Of a stretch of 64,000 nt of DNA, positions 28,453 through 35,846 are shown one piece after another. A program made the translations under genes and the position numbers. Every line of letters begins with the position of its first letter. The stretch's first letter is position 1. This DNA is from Sedimentisphaerales bacterium (lineage in GTDB: Bacteria; Planctomycetota; Phycisphaerae; Sedimentisphaerales; UBA12454), in NCBI GenBank assembly GCA_016930635.1, contig JAFGGI010000042.1:2901-66900 (forward strand), given 5' to 3'. Below the pieces are notes generated by a model that was given only the letters and a program-made list of their open reading frames with translations, was not told the DNA's origin and did no database searches.

Positions 28453-30828
28453 TTAATTGTAAATCCCCCTCTCCAGCCAGTAGTCCATCAATATCGCAAG
28501 GTCGTCTATATCAACATCTCCATCAAAATCCAGGTCTGCCCAGTCACAGTAATAATTATATACCCCGCAATCATCCCGCAGCCAAAATTGCGCAAATACT
28601 GAAAAGTCTCTGAAGTTATTCCTCCCGTCCGTATAAATGTCCGCAGGCGATATCTGCCAGACCAAAATCGGATATTCATCGATTTGTATAAACCAGTCTG
28701 CCTCATTGCCGTCCGTATACGAAAAATCCCATCCTGCATCTATATACGTATTTATATCCTGCATTTGAGCTGTAGGCAATCCCGTTGCTCCGTTCGGATC
28801 AGGATCGCAATCGCCCACTCCATCGGTTGTTCCAGAAGTTTCTATGTCCCAGAAAGAATTGTCAAAATCATTGTTGCCGAAAACACTGCCCACCAGACCA
28901 TATCCTTCGGTAACTGCTGAGGTGCTGTAACAATTCTTTATATTGATATTGTAATTGTTTCCCATAAAAGCACCCCAATTCATTCCCAAAATACCGCCTA
29001 CACAGGAGCCGCTGACCGAACCTGTACTATAGCAGTTTACTATAAGACTGAAATCAGATTGCGTCGTTCCGACCAGTCCGCCGACTTCTTCGTTTCCGCT
29101 AACTGCACCCGTACTGTAAGAGCTGCTGATAAGGCCATCACTCATTCCAGCCAGCCCGCCGACATAATTTTCTCCACTGACCTGACCTGTATTGAAACAC
29201 TCTTTTATATAACCAAACGGATTTATATCACTATCCGCATTAATCCCTACCAGTCCGCCAAGATATCTGCCTCCTGAAACTATTCCGCTGTTGTGGCAAC
29301 CAGTTATAATGCCGTTGTTGTATCCTGCCAATCCGCCAACATAGTAGTTGCCATCAACTATCCCCTTGTTGTAACAGTTAATGATAACCCCGCCGTCATT
29401 ATCTCCCGCCAGAGAGCCGACATAGCTGTATCCAGCTACTTTGCTATCTTCCAGACCCAAATTACGGATCTGTCCTCTGGTGCGGCTAAACAAACCTACA
29501 TAATTTCTGTCAGGCATATTTATATCTGCGTTGCGGATAGTATTCCCATTACCTTCGAAGACACCCGTAAAATATCCAAAATCACCGATAGGATTAACTT
29601 GGGTACCTGCCAAATTTACATCAGCCATTAGAGCAATGTGTTTATTCAGAATATTGGTATATTGACTTAACAAAGCAAAATCTCCCGCCGTCCAGATTTG
29701 GTAAGGGTCTTGTTCGGTGCCGCTGCCTGAAAGAGGCACCGCCGGCGGCTCTGGAATAGGCAAACCACCGCTATTTTCCCAGGCTAATCGAGGATAATCC
29801 AATCCGTCGTCGATAACCCAGTTGTGATAGGCCCAGCCGGAATCTATATATGTATTGGCATCCTGCATCTGTACTGTGGTTTTGCCTGTCCCGCCGGAAC
29901 TTGTCATCTGACCGGATGTTTCGATGTCCCAAAAACACCCCGCGACAATAGTAGATGTACTATTTCCTATCAAGCCGCCAACTTCTTGATCTCCCAAAAC
30001 CAAACCTGCAGAATAACAGTTAATAATGAAACTTCCCCAATCATACCCTATTAAACCGCCAGTACAAAGTTTTCCTGTAACTGCTCCTGTAGCATAACAG
30101 CCGACAATGTTGCCTCCATTGCCTCCCACCAGACCACCGGCCATACCAAGAGAAGCACTACTGCTGTTCACTTCTCCGGCACTGTAACAATTTGTTACAC
30201 TTCCATAACCCTGGCCCACCAGTCCGCCGACATAAGAGCCGCCGTCGACCTGGATATCAGTATAACAGTTAGTGATACTACTGCCGATCCAACCTGTCCC
30301 TACCAAACCGCCAATATATAGACTTCCACTAACAGTACCTGTGGCATAACAATTTGTGATGGTACCATAGGAAGATCCCGCCAATGAGCCGATATCAGAA
30401 TCCCACGGATACTCTATACGGCCAATAATGTTAATATTTTCAAGGCCAAGATTTTTTATAATACCGCTTGAACCCATTGTTCGAAAAAACCCTATAAAAA
30501 GATCACTGCCATCAGAGGTATCGCCGGTGATAGTCACATTTGAAATTACATGATCATTTCCATCAAAGACACCGTTAAAATTCTTTGGAAGGACAGCTCC
30601 AGTAAAGCTATAACCGGCCAGGTCAATATCGTTTATAAGTTTAAGGCAATAGTAGAAATAGCCCCCATCTGCTCTCAGTTGCAAGAGGTCACTTGCACTT
30701 CCTATTCGATATGGATCATTCGGCTCACCGGTGCCGCCTGAATACTTGCCAAAACAACAGGACGCCAATAGAAATATTGATAGACTTACGATACTGATAA
30801 CTTGCAAAAAGCCTCTTTTCTTCTTCAT
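28453..30828 (-). CDS. GLUG-motif repeat surface protein with C-terminal dockerin-like domain
   Basis: GGAGGG lies upstream of the ATG at 30828 (MKKKRGFLQVISIVSLSIFLLASC signal peptide); the track ORF extends to 30888. There are two modules, each opening with G-x-G-x-x-DPY-x-I. Repeats of the form YVGGLVG/GGLIG are numerous. The C terminus is DLDFDGDVDIDDLAILMDYW. Confidence 0.75.
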   Translation of the reverse strand: MKKKRGFLQVISIVSLSIFLLASCCFGKYSGGTGEPNDPYRIGSASDLLQLRADGGYFYYCLKLINDIDLAGYSFTGAVLPKNFNGVFDGNDHVISNVTITGDTSDGSDLFIGFFRTMGSSGIIKNLGLENINIIGRIEYPWDSDIGSLAGSSYGTITNCYATGTVSGSLYIGGLVGTGWIGSSITNCYTDIQVDGGSYVGGLVGQGYGSVTNCYSAGEVNSSSASLGMAGGLVGGNGGNIVGCYATGAVTGKLCTGGLIGYDWGSFIINCYSAGLVLGDQEVGGLIGNSTSTIVAGCFWDIETSGQMTSSGGTGKTTVQMQDANTYIDSGWAYHNWVIDDGLDYPRLAWENSGGLPIPEPPAVPLSGSGTEQDPYQIWTAGDFALLSQYTNILNKHIALMADVNLAGTQVNPIGDFGYFTGVFEGNGNTIRNADINMPDRNYVGLFSRTRGQIRNLGLEDSKVAGYSYVGSLAGDNDGGVIINCYNKGIVDGNYYVGGLAGYNNGIITGCHNSGIVSGGRYLGGLVGINADSDINPFGYIKECFNTGQVSGENYVGGLAGMSDGLISSSYSTGAVSGNEEVGGLVGTTQSDFSLIVNCYSTGSVSGSCVGGILGMNWGAFMGNNYNINIKNCYSTSAVTEGYGLVGSVFGNNDFDNSFWDIETSGTTDGVGDCDPDPNGATGLPTAQMQDINTYIDAGWDFSYTDGNEADWFIQIDEYPILVWQISPADIYTDGRNNFRDFSVFAQFWLRDDCGVYNYYCDWADLDFDGDVDIDDLAILMDYWLERGIYN

Positions 30829-30936
30829 ATACCCTCCTGCAATCTGTGTTAGATACACCAAATATTGATTATACCACAAATTGCCCAAAAATCCAGAAAA
30901 ATTACTCCTCTAAGTTTTGCTTGTCCCGCACCATTT

Positions 30937-31554
30937 TTATATTCCGCTTTTAACCGGTGCGGGGAAATTGAGGACCGCAAATTCGCCATGTAATTCTTTC
31001 GCAGCGGCGTCATATGCCCTGGCAGCATCTATTTCGTTATCAAAATATCCGAGATGTTTCCTTTTACTGTTAAAACATATAGCTGCGTGCCATTTTTGTT
31101 CCCTTTTAGCATAGTGGACTCCTCTGTATTTTGAGGTGCCTGTTTGCGGACGTATTCGGTTGCAGGAGTTCTGGGAGCGTGTTGCGAAGCGAAGATTTTT
31201 TCTGGTGTTATCGAGGCCTTGTCGGTTTTTATGGTCAACTATTTTTCCTTTTGGAGCGTTCATAATAGTTCTGTGCATATGAATTACTCTGCCGTTATCG
31301 AGGCAGGCGGCGTAATGGGTTTTGCATACGGTCTCGAAGAGCTGCCAGGGATATTTTGATATTTTTTTGTAATCTTCAGGGTCGATGATGGCATATTGAT
31401 ATTTTTTATCGACTGGTTTGTTTGTGAGCAGTTTTATCCGCCTGAAGGCAAAGCCGTAGCGCTTTTGTCGATAACACAATAAAAACCAGAGACAGATACT
31501 TTCGATAATAACCGGTATTTTAATTCGAAAATTCAGATACAATGTTATCTCCAA
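30937..31554 (-). CDS. HNH endonuclease fused to an AP2 DNA-binding domain (homing-endonuclease-like)
   Basis: 205 aa with the HNH_3-type IVDHKNRQGLDNTRKNLRFATRSQN, followed by the AP2 signature SKYRGVHYAKREQKWHAAICFNSKRKHLGYFDNEIDAARAYDAAAKELHGEFAVLNF. The start codon is uncertain. Confidence 0.75.
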   Translation of the reverse strand: MEITLYLNFRIKIPVIIESICLWFLLCYRQKRYGFAFRRIKLLTNKPVDKKYQYAIIDPEDYKKISKYPWQLFETVCKTHYAACLDNGRVIHMHRTIMNAPKGKIVDHKNRQGLDNTRKNLRFATRSQNSCNRIRPQTGTSKYRGVHYAKREQKWHAAICFNSKRKHLGYFDNEIDAARAYDAAAKELHGEFAVLNFPAPVKSGI

Positions 31555-31912
31555 AAGAAACTCTAAATTCTAATTTCTAAATCCTCCCTATGGGACACCT
31601 TACGGCGGAAACAATATCAAATTACCAAAATTCCAATGATCAAAACGGTTTTGAGCATTTGAAAATTCATATTTTGAATTTGTTTAGTGCTTCGATATTC
31701 GGATTTAGGATTTCCATTGTTTTTTGCCTTTGGCAAAAAACAATGGCCCTCTATATATAGGGAAAAACTTGCGCGGTTTTTTAAAAAAAGTGCAAAAGAA
31801 AATTTTGTCCGGAATTCTAAGTCCTTGTGTAAAAGGGAGAAAAATTTTTTCATTTTTTCAAAGCGCGCAGGTTTTTTCTTGCGCGTTTTCGACCCAAAAA
31901 GGACAAAACTTA

Positions 31913-31981
31913 GCCACAAAGACACTAAGACTCTAAGAAAAAATAATATAATAATACTTTGTGTCTTCGTGCCTTGGTGGC
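31913..31981. repeat. imperfect inverted repeat built from AAAGACAC/CAAGGCAC/TAAGAC words
   Basis: The sequence is GCCACAAAGACACTAAGACTCTAAG-AT-rich loop-CTTTGTGTCTTCGTGCCTTGGTGGC. A second copy of the same design lies at 35771-35843. Confidence 0.7.
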
Positions 31982-32266
31982 TATTTTTCTATCCACAGAT
32001 TACACGGATTACGCTGATTTGTAATTAACCACGAATGAACACGAATTAACATAAATATGTCATTGCGAGCGTAGCGAAGCAATCTGAGCCCCGACCGTAA
32101 GGGAGGGGTATCCTGCAAATATACCTGTGCAAACACAACGCAACAGAGCCCAAGCGGCAGCGCAGGGAGGTATTATGATATCAAGGCCGCGGCAATCTCG
32201 GTTTTTCCAATTGAATTCTGTAAAAAATAAGGGTAGAATCGGGGAAACAAATAAGGAGAAAATCAA

Positions 32267-32875
32267 ATGAAAGTTGACTTCAGAAATTTGCCTAAGATAA
32301 AAATCATTAAAATTTCAAATGCCAAAGACGGCATTTGCATAGTACAGTTCAGTTCAAAGGATTGTATGTATAATGGGTGGGCAGATATTTTCGCAACTCC
32401 TGTCAAACTGATTAGTGGAAAGTTCAAGTTGCTATCTGACAATACAGGTGAATTGTCGCTGGAGACCCCAAGTGATATCTCCAGACTTAAAAGTGGTGAA
32501 GAGTATGAATTTATGGATGGTTACTGGGGAGAAAGAGCTCAATTTGTTCTTGAGGAAACGGTTTGGACCAAAATAGATTTTAAAACACAGGATTGTTATG
32601 GACAGCGTGATGAAAAAACCGGAAAAATTACAGTGATGAGTGCTCCAGGTTTTGTTCCGCCAAAAGATGATAAGTCATGGGTATTAGTAGAAAACGGATG
32701 GGATCACGAACATTGCGGTATATGCTGGGAGACAATATGTGACAAGGGATGTCATGATCAAGTATGTTACATAAACTCTAATAATGTATACATATGCGAA
32801 AGCTGTTATGAAAAGTATATTTCAAAGAAAAATTGGGATTTCACTGAATTAAACAAAGAAAGTGATGATGAATAA
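32267..32875 (+). CDS. hypothetical protein with C-terminal Cys/His-rich zinc-ribbon-like segment (cassette ORF 1)
   Basis: 202 aa with AAGGAGA 7 nt upstream of the ATG. The C terminus reads HEHCGICWETICDKGCHDQVCYINSNNVYICESCYEKY. No family was recognised. Confidence 0.55.
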   Translation: MKVDFRNLPKIKIIKISNAKDGICIVQFSSKDCMYNGWADIFATPVKLISGKFKLLSDNTGELSLETPSDISRLKSGEEYEFMDGYWGERAQFVLEETVWTKIDFKTQDCYGQRDEKTGKITVMSAPGFVPPKDDKSWVLVENGWDHEHCGICWETICDKGCHDQVCYINSNNVYICESCYEKYISKKNWDFTELNKESDDE

Positions 32876-32994
32876 CCCGGAGAGAACCCCGCCATTGAGA
32901 ATAGCAGGGCTAAACAAAAGGATTGAAATCACAAAAAATCAGGGTAGAATCAGGGGAAATAACATAAGGAGAGAACTGAATATCAACAATTAAA

Positions 32995-33249
32995 ATGAAA
33001 AATGGATATAAATTAATTTATGTTAGTAATGTATTTTGGATTGCGGCAATAATTGTCGCTATTCCTTTTGTTCGACGTTTTGTGGAGATAAGTGATGGTG
33101 ACTGCGTTACCATAGATGCTGTTATCGCTGGTTATGAAGTCTTGCCTTGGACTATTGGTAGTTTTCTTTTGTTATGTATATCATGGATATTCTTCTTCAC
33201 AGGTGTAATCCAATTGATCAGGAGTGAACAAAAAAAAGAAATTAGATAA
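32995..33249 (+). CDS. small hypothetical membrane protein (cassette ORF 2)
   Basis: 84 aa with two hydrophobic helices. It is preceded by the conserved leader with AAGGAGA and followed 3 nt later by the hairpin repeat. Confidence 0.45.
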   Translation: MKNGYKLIYVSNVFWIAAIIVAIPFVRRFVEISDGDCVTIDAVIAGYEVLPWTIGSFLLLCISWIFFFTGVIQLIRSEQKKEIR

Positions 33250-33400
33250 TAAACCCTGTCATTGCCGATGGCGGGGCTAAACAAAAGGATTGAAATCACA
33301 AAAAAATCAGGGTAGAATTACAAAGAATTAAGCAAGGAGATATAAAATCGACGAATTCAAAGAGACACTGTCAATCCTTAAGGCACGCTGGGGCGAAGTT

Positions 33401-34261
33401 GTGTTTATAGTCGGTCTTTCTTTGTTGGCAATGCTGTCGAGGCGATTAGCTCCATCCTTTTCCGGACATATATTTGTGCTGTTCTTCACTGGTATTATTA
33501 TATTTGTATTAATCACCTTGGCCACACTGGGCTTTCTAAGAACTATTTATCTTGACGCAAAAAAGCCCTGTTCGCCTTTCAGTCTCATCTTGATAGGCAC
33601 ACATTTTTTTTGGAGACAGGTCGGTTTTAGTCTGCTAATGGGACTCATGATGGCACCTCTGTTAATGGCTCTTATGTTAGTTAACAGAATAGATTTTTCT
33701 CCATCTGGATGCAAAACAGGCTCCTGCAGTACCGAACCAAACATAGTTTCCTGCACTGTCGATCCGAACACAGCTTCGGACAATACTGAATCCAAGCCGA
33801 ACCCCTACGGTTTAGATGTCAAGGGAAATGTAACCCTTAAGCATCAAATAGGTGTAACTATCATAATGTTAATATTTGCCAAGCTGAATTTATTAGTTCT
33901 TCCAATAATAATCGTCACTGACAACAGTATATCCAAAAGTTTCGACTGTATGTGGAAGATCAAACTGCGCAAGGCGAAAACATTATTAACGGTTTTTCTC
34001 GTCAATACTGTTGTCTTGCCATATTTGCTAAGGCCTCTGCCAAACCTTTATACATCCCCGCCGCAAATATCCTGGCTGTATATATTCGGTATATTATTTT
34101 TTGTCATATCAACAACTTTAGGGTTTGTTGTCCAAGTATTAGCGTTAAGATTTGTCAGCTCTGAGCCGATCATTGAAAATTATATGCGTCCACCTGATCC
34201 TGCACCGGTTGCCTATGATCCCGACTATGTCCCCGGCAATGAGGATTATATAGATTACTAA
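33401..34261 (+). CDS. hypothetical polytopic membrane protein (cassette ORF 3)
   Basis: 286 aa from GTG 33401. The frame is open back to 33332 and AAGGAGA sits at 33335-33341, but no ATG/GTG/TTG follows it, so the true start is uncertain. Confidence 0.45.
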   Translation: MFIVGLSLLAMLSRRLAPSFSGHIFVLFFTGIIIFVLITLATLGFLRTIYLDAKKPCSPFSLILIGTHFFWRQVGFSLLMGLMMAPLLMALMLVNRIDFSPSGCKTGSCSTEPNIVSCTVDPNTASDNTESKPNPYGLDVKGNVTLKHQIGVTIIMLIFAKLNLLVLPIIIVTDNSISKSFDCMWKIKLRKAKTLLTVFLVNTVVLPYLLRPLPNLYTSPPQISWLYIFGILFFVISTTLGFVVQVLALRFVSSEPIIENYMRPPDPAPVAYDPDYVPGNEDYIDY

Positions 34262-34531
34262 TTTGTATGTGAACGATAAAAACCCCGCCATTGCCAATGG
34301 CGGGGCTAACCGAATTTAAAAAATCGCACCAAGTACTATATACTAAATACCAAATACGTTATTAATCTGCGTAATCAGTGATTAAAAAATTTCGCCCCCA
34401 ACCATCTCACTTTTTCGCACTTTACCGACACCGCAACGTTACCGATACCGATACCAATATCTTTAATACTTTGTGCCTTTGTGTCTTGGTGGCTATTTAT
34501 TGACTCTCGCTTCCATTTGACTGGTTAGGCT

Positions 34532-35104
34532 TTACTTCCAAAATCGATACCATGGCTGTTTGGGTTTCAGATTTTGAGAAATGGGTACTGTCTTCAATCC
34601 CTCAATGAAACCGCAGGTTGCGATATTGAACCCAACTTCCAAGCCGATGCCAGGAGCACACTCACGAATGAGGAAAGCTACCGCTAAAGCGCATGATCGT
34701 GCCCCCTCCACAAGATCTAGCCCATGCTTTTCACGAATTCTGGTCAGGTCCTCTTCCAAAAGCTTCTGCATCTCATTCACGCTTAGCTTAGGAGCCTCTC
34801 CTTGGCTACTGTTCTTCTCCAACTTCTTTTTATCGATGGGCAGGTCAAACTGATATAGCATTGAAGCTACGATATCCACTAACTCTGGCCACTTCTCGTT
34901 CGCCTCGTTGGAAAGTACCGCTGATCCCGGCAACATGGTCGTAGTATCGAATCCAAACGAACGAAAGAGCATCGTGCCAGCCATTCGGGCACCCGCTGCA
35001 ATCGCTGTTTCCGGATGAACCGCACGGTTTTCCCCGAGTTTCCCAGCAAATATGTCGACCATTTCTCCTGCCGCATCAAAATGACGTTTCTCAATATTGT
35101 TCAT
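34532..35104 (-). CDS. hypothetical protein (single-gene insertion bracketed by direct repeats)
   Basis: 190-aa ORF with no recognisable motifs. It is flanked by 28-bp and 39-bp direct repeats. Confidence 0.5.
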   Translation of the reverse strand: MNNIEKRHFDAAGEMVDIFAGKLGENRAVHPETAIAAGARMAGTMLFRSFGFDTTTMLPGSAVLSNEANEKWPELVDIVASMLYQFDLPIDKKKLEKNSSQGEAPKLSVNEMQKLLEEDLTRIREKHGLDLVEGARSCALAVAFLIRECAPGIGLEVGFNIATCGFIEGLKTVPISQNLKPKQPWYRFWK

Positions 35105-35247
35105 TACATTCGTCCAACAATAATTTAGCTTGATCCGTGGCTAAAAAATCTCTGTGACCTCTGTGCTCTCTGTGGCAAAAACAAAATCCGTTTAATCTGC
35201 GTAATCAGTGATTAAAAAACTTCGTGTCTTAGTGTCTTGGTGGCTAT

Positions 35248-35748
35248 TTATTGACTCTCGCTTCCATTTGCCTGGTTGAATTTTGCCATTGCGATGGTAC
35301 CTGTACGCACCATATTTTTTATGCCGTAAGGTCGGCAGGCCTCTATAAAGGCTTCGATTTTTTCTTCAGGCCCGGCAAATTCGATCATAACAACCTTTTG
35401 GCCGATATCGACCACCTCGGCCTTGAACAGCTCGGCTAAGGCCAGTATTTCAGAGCGTTTTTCAGGCGGCAAATGAACACATATAAGCATCAGGTCGCGG
35501 GCGATCACCTCTTTGCCGGAGAAGTCCTGAATTTTTACGACATCGACAATCTTCGCGAGCTGTTTGCGCACCTGCTCTACGACTTTGTCGTCGCCTATAA
35601 CGACGATAGTCATTCTACTCATCTGTGGGTCATCGGTCCTGCCGACCGCCAGTGAGTCGATATTAAAAGCCCTTGCCGCGAACATTCCAGCCACGTGAGC
35701 CAGAACGCCGGGCTTGTTCTGCACTAATGCACTTATTATATGTTTCAT
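35248..35748 (-). CDS. ilvN: acetolactate synthase small (regulatory) subunit
   Basis: MKHIISALVQNKPGVLAHVAGMFAARAFNIDSLAV (ACT domain) starts at the ATG at 35748. The track ORF extends to 35775, into the intercistronic inverted repeat. Confidence 0.88.
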   Translation of the reverse strand: MKHIISALVQNKPGVLAHVAGMFAARAFNIDSLAVGRTDDPQMSRMTIVVIGDDKVVEQVRKQLAKIVDVVKIQDFSGKEVIARDLMLICVHLPPEKRSEILALAELFKAEVVDIGQKVVMIEFAGPEEKIEAFIEACRPYGIKNMVRTGTIAMAKFNQANGSESQ

Positions 35749-35770
35749 CTTTCTGCCCTTTCTTGTATCA

Positions 35771-35843
35771 GCCACAAAGACACCAAGGCACTAAGAAAAA
35801 AAATATTTATATTATAAACTTTGAGTCTTTGTGCCTTAGTGGC
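35771..35843. repeat. imperfect inverted repeat filling the ilvB-ilvN intercistronic spacer
   Basis: The sequence is GCCACAAAGACACCAAGGCACTAAG-AT-rich loop-CTTTGAGTCTTTGTGCCTTAGTGGC. It is the same word-built design as 31913-31981. Confidence 0.7.
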
Positions 35844-35846
35844 TAT

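Noticed and set aside
30829-30888. N-terminal 20-codon extension of the GLUG protein ORF, and similar extensions at 35749-35775 (ilvN), 56225-56239 (rplI), 59879-59920 (prs) and 18212-18238 (nrdR)
   Set aside because: The internal starts have clear Shine-Dalgarno sequences and reproduce the conserved family N termini or signal peptides. The extensions overlap the RBS, repeats or the upstream gene.
32885-34310. Classical integron attC sites after the cassette ORFs
   Set aside because: The hairpins are only about 30 nt. They lack complementary R''(RYYYAAC)/R'(GTTRRRY) core sites; the closest is GTTAGCC on the bottom strand of one copy. No intI or attI is in the window. The array is kept as cassette-like, not called an integron.
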